A program made the translations under genes and the position numbers. The notes under the pieces were generated by a model. It saw only the letters and a list, made by a program, of their open reading frames with translations, was not told the DNA's origin and did no database searches. A stretch of 64,000 nucleotides of DNA from Octopus vulgaris (lineage: Eukaryota), in contig OX597824.1 in assembly GCA_951406725.2 (NCBI GenBank), positions 73,594,001 through 73,658,000 on the forward strand. Direction: 5' to 3'. Position 1 is the stretch's first letter, and each line of letters starts with the position of its first letter. Shown one piece after another: positions 47,441 to 62,714 of the stretch.

Positions 47441-50400
47441 GTAAGTGCGTTATTCTTTAACGATTTCATGGTTGTATTTTTAATCAAGTGTGGTTATTCA
47501 GTCCCCAAGTTAGCTCTGATTCAGTTTTGTACTATCAAAAATGTTCTAGCATGACCATTGTCCAATGACTGTAACCAGTAAAAGGACGAAAGAATTCAAA
47601 GAAATGAAATAGTTTCAATAGTGGGAATAACCACCAAAGAATTATTAAGGAATCTTTTCTGATACGAGGTTCTTTGGGTTATGAAAAGCAATTGCCCTTT
47701 CTTAGTTGTAGTCTCTGGCTTACATTCATATGCTTCTCTATTTTTTTCTGTTTGTTTGGAGGAAGGAACAGTGCTCATGATCCTTGCAGGGTTTCTTAGA
47801 CTTAAGTTAAATTGATGGTATTAATTTTCTCATTCCATATTTCTGTTGAAATACATTACGTTTACTCTTTTACTTGTTTCAGTTATTTAACTGTGACCAT
47901 GCTGGAGCACTGCCTTTAGTCGAGCAAATCGACCCCAGGCATTTTTTTTTGGAAGCCTAGTACTTATTCTATCAGTATCTTTTGCTGAACCGCTAAGTTA
48001 CGGGGACATAAACACACCAGCATCGGTTGTCAAGTGATGTTGGGGGGACAAGCACATACATACATACACACACATATATATACATATATACAACAGGCTT
48101 CTTTCAGTTTCCATCTACCAAATCCATGCAGTGGGACTGAACCCAGAACCATGTGGTTCGTAAGCAAGCTACTTACCACACAGTCTCTCCTACGCCTGTT
48201 ATTTTTTAAAATAATGTATTATTTTATAAAATATTTTTTTAAATAATGAAAAATTTATCAAAATAACTTAGTCAGTATTAAACTGGTGTTTGGTATAGAT
48301 TAACATAAAATATTGAGTGAAGGTTTTAACGTAGATCACTTTGTGCCTGTTACCTTATTTCTGTTGAAATATTTCAATCAATTTGAAAATAATGAAGAAT
48401 TTCGTAAAAATGTCATTGTAAAGCTGGTGTCTAGAATGTTAGCACGAAATTTTGATGGAAGGTTTTGACTTAAATCACTTTTAAACAAGGAATTTGTATC
48501 ATTGATACAGGGGTAATCTCAATTTGGTTGGCATTGATACTGCAAGACAGTTTTTTTCTTTTCTTTTTCTTTTTGCCACTTGGCATTTTATTTAACTCTC
48601 TAATGATTCTGCCAATCTGACCAATAATTGTTTCTAATATATGCACAAAGCCTGGAATATGTATTCTAACAACCCTAGAAGAATAAAAGTCAAAGTTGAC
48701 CTTGGCAGGATTTGAACTTGGAATGTCAAGTACTATAACTAAATACAGCAAGACATATTTCCATTGCTCTAACAGTTCTGCCACTTCATCTAATTATAAT
48801 GATGTAGTGTAAGAACATAGATTTTTCAATTCCCTATGATAGCGGAGTCGATACCAAAGAAATGGAAAAATTGAGTAATACCAGGATCTGGCCAGAGAGC
48901 TGAGGAGACTGTGGAAGACCAAGACAATTATTCCTGCAGTAATAGGTTTCTATGGCGTATGTATTCCCCAGCTGGACGGGACACCAGTCCATCGCAGTGT
49001 TGCTCATTTTTGCCAGCTGAGTGGACTGGAGCAACGTGAAATGAAGTGTTTTGCACAAGAATACAACGCGTCACCCGGTCCAGGAATTGAAACCACAATC
49101 TTATGATCATGATGCTGACACCCTAACCACTAAGCCATGCGCCTCCACTTAATGATAATAATTGCTTTGAATTTTGGCACAAGGCCAGGGGTCAGGCGTT
49201 AACTGAATGCATCAACTCCAGCACTTGGCTGTTGCTTTATTTTATCAACCCACAAAAAGATGAAAGACAAGGATGACTTCATAATAAAAATGGGGAAGAC
49301 AAGATGATTATAATAACTATTTCTAAGGTGGCAAGCTGGTAGAAATGTTAGCATACCAGGCGAAATGCTTAACAATATTTTGTTTGTCTTTATTTTTCTG
49401 AGTTCAAATTCCACTGAGGTTGATGTTGCCTTTCATCCTTTCGGGGTTGATAAATTAAGTACCAGTTGCATACTGGGGTCGATCTGATTAACTGAACCCC
49501 TGCCCAAAAATTTTGGGCCTTGTGCCTAAAGTAGAAAAGAATAATAGCTATTTCTAATTTCGGCATAAAACTAGAAATTTGTGGAGTGAGTGGTTTGTTG
49601 ACTAAATCAATCACAATATTTGACTGGTATCTTTGTCAACCCCAGGAAGATGAAAGGCTAAGTTCACCATAGCAGGATGTGCACTCAGAACATAGAGAAT
49701 CGGATGAAATACTGTGTGGCATTTAGTAAGACAACTTGGCAATTCTGGCAATCCATAAATGACTTAATCAATTTTAAGATTTCACAGCTTGAAGAAAGAA
49801 AAGATTATTAAGGAAAAAAATTATCATATAAAGACATGAATTAAAAAAAAAAAAAAAATACTTGGAAAATTAACAGAAGCAAAATAACAAAAAAAATGAG
49901 AGAGAGAGAGAGAGAGAGAAAGAGAGATTAAGTAGGGTGGCATGTTTTAAGCTTTTTAAGCAGACATTAATTTTTGTGGTGCAAACATCTTCATGTCCAT
50001 GCAAGATTTGATATGATTTGCTTGTAATTACATTGGCTCCCCTTACAGCTTTCTTTATTGCATTGCATGTAATTAATCCCTTAATACTATAAAGATCTCC
50101 CTCTCCTCTCTCTCTCTCTTTCCTGCTGTAGTTGTCTCTTCCTTTCACCAACTCACTCTCTCTCCCTCTGTTTCATTATGTTTATCTTTTTCCTTTCACA
50201 CACACACACACTCTCACTCACACACACACACACACACAAACTCTCTCTCTCAATCTCTTTCTCTCTTGTTATACCTCTACTTTTCACTCTCTCTTTCTCT
50301 TTCTCACATTTTCACACGCACTCTCTCTCTCCCTCTCTCATTATACTTATACCTCTTCTTTTCACTCTCTCTCATATTTACATCTCTTCTTTTCACTCTC

Positions 50401-50959
50401 TCTCTCACTCTCATACTTGCATCTCTTTTCACTCCCTGTCATCACTCTCTCCTCATTTTGGATCTTTCTCTTTGTCTCCTTCTCAGCTCTCTCTCTCTCT
50501 CTCTCCATGCTCCTTTGTCCTTCTTTCACTAACCCTAACCCTAACTAACCAGCTTGTACATTAATCTTCATTGGACCAATATCACACCTTATTACACTAA
50601 CAAACAAATATCTTTAGCTTGGTATCACGTTCACCATGTCTCATTATGTGTCGCCATTCTTTTTTCTTTCCTTTTTTTCTATCTTTCTTTTTCTGTGTGT
50701 GGTGTGTGTCTATATATATGTACTTATACATATACATACATACACACACATATATATATATATATATACATGCATATATATATGTATACATGCATATATA
50801 TATGTCGCCATGATAGATCGTTAGCCACTACACACATTTTTTCCTTTCCTTGTTTCTTTCTGTGGAAGAGCGTAGGCTCAAAATGTAAAAGACTTTTTCA
50901 ATTCTGTTTGTTTTCTACACCACCTGTCTTCGTCTTTTGTTTTTTTCATGAATTCTCCC

Positions 50960-51005
<46 letters not shown>

Positions 51006-51007
51006 GC

Positions 51008-51039
<32 letters not shown>

Positions 51040-51881
51040 AAAAAAAAAACATTTTATATATATATATATAATTTTAAGAAAATCCTACCCAAATATGCAC
51101 ACACACACATACATACACACACTCATATGTGTGTGTGTGTGTGCATATTTGAGTAGGATTTTCTAAAAATGAATATTTTTTCAATTATATAAGATATAAA
51201 AATCTTAAGAAGCAGAATGACACGATTCTTTTGGAAGAGACTTTTCATATTGTGTATGTAAGCACTTCAGCTGTTAAGTTTTCCAAACACACTATGTATA
51301 TCATCATCATTTGCTGCCCACTTTTACATGCTTGCATGGATCATGTGGAGTTTATTCGAAGTCGGTTTTCTGTGACTGGATGCCCTTCCTGTCACCAACC
51401 CTCACTTGTTTTGAAGCAAGGTAATATTTCCCCATTACCAGACATATTCTCAGAGGGTATTGCAGGTGAATGACACTGTTTGTATGACTGTGACACTTAT
51501 TTACAACTATCACACGATGTCACACACACACATACACACTCATATATGTGTGTGCATGTAACACAGCTTTTTTTCAATACAAGAGCTTCTTTCAGTTTCC
51601 ATCTACCAAATCCACTGATCATCATCATCATCTTTTAACGTCTGCTTTCCTTGCTAGCATGGGTTGGACGTGTGACTGAGGGCTAGCGAACCAGATGGCT
51701 GCACCAGGCTTCAATCTTGATCTGGCAGAGTTTCTACAGCTGGATGCCCTTCCTAATGCCAACCACTCCGAGAGTGTAGTGGGTGCTTTTACGTGCCAGT
51801 CAGGCGGCACTGGCAATGACCTTGCTCAAATCTTTTACACATGCCACCGGTGCGGGTGCCAGTAAGGCGATGCTGATAAGG

Positions 51882-52805
<924 letters not shown>

Positions 52806-54903
52806 TGTATATATGTATGCATATATATATGTGTGTGTGTGTGTAACAAGTGAAAGAATGGAGGTATTGGTATTACATTTAATCTTAGGTTACAGCTGTT
52901 TCAAAATCATTTAGCAAGGTGAAAAGCATATAACCATGAATATAAACAATGACTGTGTAAGAAATTGTTTGAATGGCAGAACTCAAAGTAGATAAAGCTA
53001 TCACTAACAGCATGTAGGACACTGAGTTAAAATAACCTTTGGATAGAGAAAAAAGTCAAAGGTGGCCTGTCAAACTCAAATCCATATCTTCTGAGCACAT
53101 GACAGATGTAATACATGCTATTATTTATAGCTTTATCTACTTCAAGTTCCACCACTAAAACAATTTATTTCATATCTCTTCAAGTTTCTAAAAGATATAA
53201 AATTCTTATGATGTAGGCACAGGCATGGCTTTGTAGTAAGAAGCTTGCTTCCCAACCACATGGTTCCGGGTTCAGTCCTACTGTGTTGCACTTTGGGCAA
53301 GTGTCTTCTGCTATAGTCTCGGGCTGACCAAAGCCTTGTGAGCGGGTTTGGTAGACAGAAACTGAAAGAAGCCTTGTCATATATTTGTGTGTGTGTACAT
53401 ATATATATATAACCGAAACAAATAAAAGATAAAGATAAACAACATATAATTCTTGTTGGTATGAGCAAAGCTTCTAAAACAGATATGAAGGCTTGCTCTG
53501 AAGTAATGATAGCACATCCATCATGTCTGCAGAAGGTGTGGGTTCAAGTCAACCAAGCAGCCATTGACATTTTTTTCTATCCAAGGGATATTTTTAACTC
53601 GATATTCTACATGCTGTCAAGGCAGCTAGCTAGTGGGGACAGAAACGTTAGCACACCGGGCGAAATATTTAGCAGTATTTCGTCTGCCGCTACATTCTGA
53701 GTTCAAATTTCGCCACGGTCAACTTTGCCTTTCATCCTTTCGGGGTCGATAAATCAAGTACCAGTTGCGTACTGGTGTCGATCTAATCGACTGACCCCCT
53801 TCCCCAAAATTTCAGGCCTTGTACCTAGAGTAAAAAAGGAATTGTTAGCACGCCAAGCAAAATGCTTAGTGGCATTTCTCCTGTCTTTACATTCTGAGTT
53901 CAAATTCCTCCAAGGTCGACAAGTACCAGTTGAGCACTGGGGTTGATGTAATTGACTTACCACCTCCCTGAAATTGCAGGCCTTGTACCAAAATTTGAAA
54001 CCAGTATTTTACATGCTATTATTTCTAGTTTTATCTTCTTCAAGTATCACCATTTAAGTGATACATTTCATATCTCTTGGAGTTTCTAAATCATGGCAAA
54101 AATTTTATATTCGTGTGTAGGTGTGTTCACCCAAGTACATGGGTATTGATTTTGTTCACTTGCTTTTGGTAAGATGACAAATAGATTGCATGTTACATAG
54201 CTTGCATTAAATTGTAATTGTTTATATTCATGGCTTTATGTGTTCCATCATGTTAAATAATTATAATTGATCTGAGCCATCTGTTATTGAAACAATGGTA
54301 ACCTAAGAATAAATGTATTACCAACATCTCTATTCTGTTAATTGTTGTTATATCATAGTCTGCAATTGACTGTTGCCAACCCCCAACTGTTATCAGATAA
54401 GGTAATATTTCCCTGTGGTCTGACATGTGTTTACTGCAAAAACTGAAAATGAATAACATCGGCTTATTTGAAGGTGATGCTCCTTTATGACCATCATTTG
54501 ATATCAAGACAAGGTGTACATATAAACACACACATGAATGCACATAACACATGCACACAGAAACACACATAGTTATATATACATATGCACGTGTGCATGC
54601 ACACACACACACGTACACACATACACACATGACAGGCTTATTTCAGTTTCCATCTACCAAATCTACTCACAAGGCTTTGGTTGGGCCAGGGCTAGAGTAG
54701 AAAATACCTGCCCAAAGGCCCAAAGTACTGTGCTCTGGAACTGAACCCAAAACCTCATGGTTGGTAAGCAATCTTCTTCACCACACAGCCACACCCGTCT
54801 TCATATATATATTTACATAATCACATACATACACTCTCACTCCCTGACAGGCTCACACAGACACACGTATTTATTCATGCTTTAACATGAATAAAGGCGA
54901 ATA

Positions 54904-55303
54904 AGGCGGCGAGCTGGCAGAAATGTTAGCATGCCGGGCGAAATGCTTAGTGGTATTTCGTCTGCCGTTATGTTCTGAGTTCAAATTCTGCTGAGGTCGA
55001 CTTTGCCTTTCATCCTTTCGGGGTCGATTAAATAAGTACCAGTTACGCACTGGTGTCGATGTAATTGACTTAATCCATTTGTCTGTCCTTGTTTGTCCCC
55101 TCTGTGTTTAGCCCCTTGTGGGTAATAAAGAAATAGGTATTTCGTCTGTCTTTACGTTCTGAGTTCAAATTCTGCCGAGGTCGACTTTGCCTTTCATCCT
55201 TTCGGGTTAGATAAATTAAGTACCAGTTATGCACTGGGGTCGATGTAATCGACTTAATCTGTTTGTCTGTCCTTGTTTGGCCCCTTGTGGGTAGTAAAGA
55301 AAT
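54904..55303 (+). mobile_element. SINE family B dimer
   Basis: Full copy followed at 55135 by a head-less second copy. Confidence 0.88.
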
Positions 55304-56789
55304 AGGTTTCTATCAACCCAATTTCACTCACAGGGCTCGGATTGATTTGGAGCAATGTTGAAAGACATTTGCCCAAGATGCCACTCTGTGGAATCAAACT
55401 TGGAACTTTTATGACTGGTCTCAGATTTGGTCTCAGGTTCAGTCCTACATGAGGTCTCAGGTTCAGTTCTACAGTACAGCTCTTTGGGCAAGTATTTCCT
55501 ACTACAGCCCTTGGCCTACCGAAGCTTTGCAAGTGGATTTAGTAGATGGAAACTGGAAGAAGCATGTCGTGTGTGTGTGTGTGCATGCACGCATGTATGT
55601 ATACATATGTGAGTGTCTATGTGCATGTGAATGTATCTGTATGAGCATATTCGTTAGTGTTTGTGTATATTTGTGATTATGTAGATATATTTATGTAGAA
55701 AGGTGTGGATGTGTGGTGAAAAAGATTGATTACCAACCATGAGCTCTCAGGTTCAATCCCCGAGCACAGCACTTTGGGCAAGTATTTTCTGCTATAGCTC
55801 TAGACTTACCAAATCCTTGCAGGTGGATTTGGTAGATGGAAACTAGAAGAAACCTGTCGTATGCTTGTATGTGTGTGTGTGTGTGTGTGTGTATACATGT
55901 GCATATATGCATGCGTTTATGTGTGTTATGTGTACCCTTTTCTTGATATCAGATGATGGTTATAAAGGAGCATCACCTTCAAACAAGCCGATGTTATTCT
56001 TTTTCAGTCTTTGCAGTAAAAACATTAACTTTGCTGGCTTTTGCTTCAATTACTTTTGAAAATAAAGAAGAATTTAGTAAAATGGCTTTGTCGTTGTTCG
56101 GCTGGTATTTGGAACATAAATTAATGTCAAATTTGATGGACGGTTTTAATTGAGATGACTTTAAACAGGAAGTTTATATTATAGAACCATGGGTGGTTTC
56201 AGACTGATTGGTATCAAAAAGGTTAATGATGCTGTGTCCATCACCCAACACACACGCACACACACACACATGCCAACAGAATAATATATTCTAAATTGCA
56301 AATACGTATGCTCGTGTACAAATGCCTGTAAAATGCAACATTCTCATACATATACATGCATGCACAAACATTATATCATCATCATCATCATCTGTTTTCC
56401 ATGCTAGCATGGGTTGGATGGTTTGATCAAGGCTGGTGAGCTGGAGAGCTACACTGGGTTCCATTCTGATTTCACTCAGCTTCTGGTGGCTGGATTTGAT
56501 CAGCCACTTGAGTGTGTGCTGGTGCTTTTGTGCATGGACCAGCATGGAAGCTTTTTATGAGGACTGGCATGAGGGCACATGCAAAGCAAAACCCCTTCCA
56601 TTCTGATTTCACTCAGTTTCTATGGCTGGATGCCCTTTCCTAATGTCAGCCACTTTACAGAGTGTGCTGGGTGCTTTGTGCATGGACCAGCATGCCACCA
56701 AGGTCGACTTTGCCTTTCATCCTTTCTGGGTCGATTAAATAAGTACCTGGCATGAGGGCACATGCAAAGCAAAACCCCTTCAGCTGAGG

Positions 56790-56832
<43 letters not shown>

Positions 56833-56834
56833 CC

Positions 56835-57220
56835 TTCGAATGTTGGGGGGCTCACAGAAGTAATGATGAAAGACCGAGACTTCTGGAGATATGCTATGAC
56901 TACAAAGACCCGACAAATAAAGTGGGTTCATGGCTCAAGACTGCCTGCTGTACTCACCTTGGATCGTAGGGCAACCTGCTGTGCTTGAGAAGACCTATTG
57001 AGTCAAGTACATCAACATCAAAATAAAAATCAAATGGAAATTGTAGTAATGATAACCATGCCCGTGGCACGTAAAAAGCACCATCCAAACGTGGCTGAGG
57101 CCAGCGCCGCCTTGACTGGCGTCTGTGCTGATGGCACATAAAAAGCACCAACTGATTATGGCCATTGCCAGCCTCCTCTGGCTCCTGTGCCAGTGGCACG
57201 TAAAAAGCACCCACTACACT
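56835..57220 (+). mobile_element. RTE LINE 3' fragment (ORF C-terminus plus UTR)
   Basis: GLTEVMMKDRDFWRYAMTTKTRQIK parallels GLTEEMTSDRDLWKYAVREKTRQDK in the element at 446. Confidence 0.8.
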
Positions 57221-57668
57221 CATATATATATATAAGTAAGCACATAAATGCAAGACAAGGTGGAAAAAATAGTACTCAAATACTGAAAGTAGAATAATAT
57301 GCCTTTTTATTAAAGCTGCAAAAGCACCACAAAAAATGTTACTCAGAGTTTCACATTCCTGTTTGTCAGACAGTTGTGATCAAGACTTGATCACAACCAA
57401 CTCATGAACAGATATGTGAAACTTTAAGAAGAAAAGTGTGTGTGTGTGTGTATACGCATACACACAATGCTGCACAAATGTATGCATATACACTTGCATA
57501 TGTAGCAATGCACATCTATATACACAACTAATGAATGAAAACAGAAGCTTTCACAAAACATATGCATTATAAATACACTTGCATGCACATGTCTAATAAC
57601 ATGCAGATACCTCCTTTACTACTTTTTAAAGTACACACATACATATACACAAATACAAATGTACATGT

Positions 57669-60600
57669 ACACAAGAACACACATACATATACATAAACAC
57701 ATGCACAAACATATGAATACAAATATACATGTATTCATATGTTTGTGCATGTGTTTATGTATATACACACATACGCATACATGTTCCCATTCATGTTCTT
57801 TTACACATTTATCCTTGCATATGCACATGCACACATACACACATATCCACTCTCCCAGCTCACACACACATTAACATGTCCACATGCACATGTACACATA
57901 CATGCATATATGCATTTGCATGCTTGCATACACACATGTTCAAACACATACACTCACATGGACACATGCACACAACCCACACACACACATGTGTACCCAT
58001 GTATACACACACACACACACACACACACAACAACACACACACCACATGCCCTTGGAGCATCTACAGAAATCAGACTAATTCTATGATAGTACAGCTGTTT
58101 GCTTCACTGATTGTTGGGAATGAATTCCTCTTCATCATCTTGAAACAATGTAACTATTGTTTGCACCTTGGTGCACTGTATTTAGTAAAGAAGCTGTTCT
58201 TGCCTGTGGCCTGTTTTGGATTTTTCTGGAGCAGAATTCTGATAGGGAGTGCATGATGTTTGTTTTAGGTCCACCTTGTCTTTTCTCTATTTCACCTTGC
58301 TTTGTCTATATACACTTCACACTTACTGACATGCTCACATATACAAACTCGCTTATACATAATTTATAATTTAACACTCAGGTGTACATTTCATAGACCT
58401 GAGTTTGGGTAGGTGTATATATATATTGCGTGGAGAATAATTCTATACTTCATGACTATCCCCTTCTTCTAAAGATTTATGACTGATGTTTGTCATAAGC
58501 CATAGGATACATACAGCTGAAGTTTATTAAGTTACAACTGTCTCCACTAAACAGGATGCTGGTCTGTCACAGTGTTAACTTTCCAGCTGCTTCTGAAACT
58601 CATTTACAGCTGGGTGGACTGAGTGTGAAGTTTCACTTGAGTTTGGATTGTCTTTCACCATGCTTTGTCTAATTTTGTGAGTTTGATATGTATTGGGTTG
58701 TCCGGAAAGTTTGTGCCGATTTATAGCAGCTTACCTTTCGACTTATTTTAGAACATGGTTGAATCCATAAAATAGGATTTGACTACACCTCCATTTAGAG
58801 CACAGTTTAAGCTATCTTTTCGTGAAAGATGGTTTATGTTCTTATAACCTGTGTTAATTTTGTAACCCTTTAAAATGGAAGATAAGAAAGTTCATTTTTG
58901 GCACTTGATGCTTTGGGAACCAGACAAAAATTGCTGCAGCTCAGCTGGGATGTGTCACCCCACCCTCCATATTCACCAGATATTTCAGGTATCTGCAGAA
59001 TAGTCTTAATGGTAAATATTTCAATTCCTTGAATGACATAAAACGATACCTTGATGAATTCTTTGCCATGAAACCACCTCAATCCTGGGAAGAGGGTGTT
59101 TTCAAGTTAAAGGAAAGATGGAGACACATTGTGCAACAAAATGGTTCATATTTGGTTGATTAAAGATGTAATGGCAAGTATTTATTGACCTTTTTCTTTC
59201 CTTTAAAAATCGGCACAAACTTTCCGGACACAAGAACACACATACATATACATAAACACATGCACAAACATATGAATACAAATATACATGTATTCATATG
59301 TTTGTGCATGTGTTTATGTATATACACACATACGCATACATGTTCCCATTCATGTTCTTTTACACATTTATCTTTGCATATGCACATGCACACATACACA
59401 CATATCCACTCTCCCAGCTCACACACACACACATTAACATGTCCACATGCACATGTACACATACATGCATATATGCATTTGCATGCTTGCATACACACAT
59501 GTTCAAACACATACACTCACATGGACACATGCACACAACGACACACACACATGTGTACCCATGTATACACACACACACACACACACACAACAACACACAC
59601 ACCACATGCCCTTGGAGCATCTACAGAAATCAGACTAATTCTATGATAGTACAGCTGTTTGCTTCACTGATTGTTGGGAATGAATTCCTCTTCATCATCT
59701 TGAAACAATGTAACTATTGTTTGCACCTTGGTGCACTGTATTTAGTAAAGAAGCTGTTCTTGCCTGTGGCCTGTTTTGGATTTTTCTGGAGCAGAATTCT
59801 GATAGGGAGTGCATGATGTTTGTTTTAGGTCCACCTTGCTTTGTCTATATACACTTCACACTTACTGACATGCTCACATATACAAACTCGCTTATACATA
59901 ATTTATAATTTAACACTCAGGTGTACATTTCATAGACCTGAGTTTGGGTAGGTGTATATATATATTGCGTGGAGAATAATTCTATACTTCATGACTATCC
60001 CCTTCTTCTAAAGATTTATGACTGATGTTTGTCATAAGCCATAGGATACATACAGCTGAAGTTTATTAAGTTACAACTGTCTCCACTAAACAGGATGCTG
60101 GTCTGTCACAGTGTTAACTTTCCAGCTGCTTCTGAAACTCATTTACAGCTGGGTGGACTGAGTGTGAAGTTTCACTTGAGTTTGGATTGTCTTTCACCAT
60201 GCTTTGTCTAATTTTGTGAGTTTGATATGTATTGGGTTGTCCGGAAAGTTTGTGCCGATTTATAGCAGCTTACCTTTCGACTTATTTTAGAACATGGTTG
60301 AATCCATAAAACAGGATTTGACTACACCTCCATTTAGAGCACAGTTTAAGCTATCTTTTCGTGAAAGATGGTTTATGTTCTTATAACCTGTGTTAATTTT
60401 GTAACCCTTTAAAATGGAAGATAAGAAAGTTCATTTTTGGCACTTGATGCTTTGGGAACCAGACAAAAATTGCTGCAGCTCAGCTGGGATGTGTCACCCC
60501 ACCCTCCATATTCACCAGATATTTCAGGTATCTGCAGAATAGTCTTAATGGTAAAAATTTCAATTCCTTGAATGACATAAAAAGTTACCTTGATGAATTC

Positions 60601-60769
60601 TTTGCCATGAAACCACCTCAATTCTGGGAAGAGGGTGTTTTCAAGTTAAAGGAAAGATGGAGACACATTGTGCAACAAAATGGTTCATATTTGGTTGATT
60701 AAAGATGTAATGGCAAGTATTTATTGACCTTTTTCTTTCCTTTAAAAATCGGCACAAACTTTCCGGACA
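57669..60769 (+). repeat. Tandem duplication of a ~1.55-kb unit (57669-59227 and 59228-60766)
   Basis: Near-identical copies differing by a few substitutions and a 21-bp indel. Confidence 0.95.
58693..59230 (+). mobile_element. mariner internal-deletion derivative, right TIR clipped by the duplication junction
   Basis: Copy of 60232-60775 lacking the terminal acccaa. Confidence 0.88.
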
Positions 60770-60775
60770 ACCCAA
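60232..60775 (+). mobile_element. mariner internal-deletion derivative (MITE-like) with perfect TIRs
   Basis: TA|ttgggttgtccggaaagtttgtgccgattt ... aaatcggcacaaactttccggacaacccaa|TA. Transposase remnants MEDKKVHFWHLMLWE and WDVSPHPPYSPDI. Confidence 0.92.
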
Positions 60776-61375
60776 TATATTATATGTTGCGTAGAGAATA
60801 ATTTGACACTCCTTGACAGTGTACTTAATCTTAAACTTGGAATGAGCCCTAGGATACATAAAGCCAGAGAACTTAACTTAGTTTCAAAGGCATAGAAAGT
60901 GGGGGGGGGGGGCATACATAAGGGGGGATGCTGAAAAAGTCCCTGGCTTTGGCTAAAAGAAAATACCGAGGATCAGTTAATTATGGTTTTATCGAACATA
61001 TTCCCCTCTCAGATTTACACACTTATTGCAACGGTCCTTCAGTAGCTCACTGACTTTCAAATTTTAGCACAAGGCCTTCAATTTTATGTGCGTGGGAGGG
61101 TCAGCAGATTACATCAATCCAAGTGCTCAAATAGTAAATTATTTTATCAACCACTGAAGGATGAAAGGCAAAGTCAACCTCAGTGAAGATTTCAATTCAG
61201 AACTTAAAGAACCAGAACTAAATGCAAATCATTTTGTCTGATGTTCTAGCAATTCTGCCAGTCCAATATCCTTATAAGAAAACAGTATAATAATAATTTA
61301 GATTCCAGCAAATCAATTCTCTTATTTTGAGCTTCCATCCTTCACTGTATTTATAATTCTTCTTTCTGCCTCCCC

Positions 61376-61414
<39 letters not shown>

Positions 61415-61946
61415 TCACTCTGTCTCTGTCTCTCTCCTTCGTTCTCTGTTGGTTTAACATTGTCCATTCTGTATTGGTGTTGCTGTAGAGGCCAATAATT
61501 CTGATATTGCTTTGTTCAAACAAATACTTCATGCTCAGCTGCTCCTTGTTAGGTTTTAACACAAGCAATTTATACATGTATTTTTTTTTAATTAGGAACC
61601 TGCATTCTTTATACTCACCTCTTTCTCTCTATCTCTACTCTATCCCTCTCTGCCCCCACCCCACTTATATTTACACATCCACACACACACACACACATAC
61701 ATATACATGTGCACATATAAAGAGAAGGAAATGAAATACACAACATTGCAAAGACAAATGAAATAACTTAAAAATCAATACAATGTAATATATATATACA
61801 CATAAATACACACACACACACACACATAAAATACAAGATGGAAGAAGAACACACACACATACATATATATGTATAAATATATGCATATAGATGTTATGTG
61901 TGCATATGTGTATATCTATCTATCTATCTATATATATGCATGTATA

Positions 61947-62036
<90 letters not shown>

Positions 62037-62358
62037 AAATCATACATGTATGTTTATGTATGAATATTTTATATACATTCATGTGTATGTATTATCTATT
62101 CTTTTACTTGTTACATTCAAACAAAACCGACCCCACTACTTATTTTAAGTCAGGTACTCATTCTCTGGGGCTCTTTTGGCTGAATTATTGAGTTACAAGG
62201 ATGTAATCATCAGACCAACGGCAGTTGTCAAGTATAATGCTGGGCAAACACAGAAGTGCACATATATATATATATATACACACCTCTTTCTGTCTCTACT
62301 CTATCCCTCTTTGTTCTCCTTCTCATATTTACACACACAAACACACACATATAAAGAG

Positions 62359-62393
<35 letters not shown>

Positions 62394-62450
62394 TTTCGTT
62401 TATCAATTTGTTTTGCAAGATTACTGATGTGAAATCATGTGTTGAAACAG

Positions 62451-62714
62451 ATATTGATGTATTTTGGGATGGTCATTTTTATTTTTTTATCTTTTTGCTA
62501 AATAAACACAAGCACTAAATATTTGTTCTTCACTCATTTATTACAGTTTTTGTTCTTGTTTTTTCTTTTCCTAACTCATGTCCATTGTCTGGACAATGGA
62601 CATGAGTTAAAATAAGAAAAGAAAGTAGGACAGTAATAAATAAGTGAAGAACAAACATATAGTGCCTGTGTTTATTTGGCAAAAAAAAATGACCATTCCA
62701 AAATACAACAATAT
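62451..62714. repeat. ~260-bp imperfect palindrome of a dispersed AT-rich repeat (single arms near 42740-42910 and 2875-2970)
   Basis: Centre taactcatgtccattgtc-tg-gacaatggacatgagtta. Confidence 0.85.

Noticed and set aside
50529-50550. Telomere-like ctaaccctaaccctaa
   Set aside because: Only about 2-3 units, too short to be informative.
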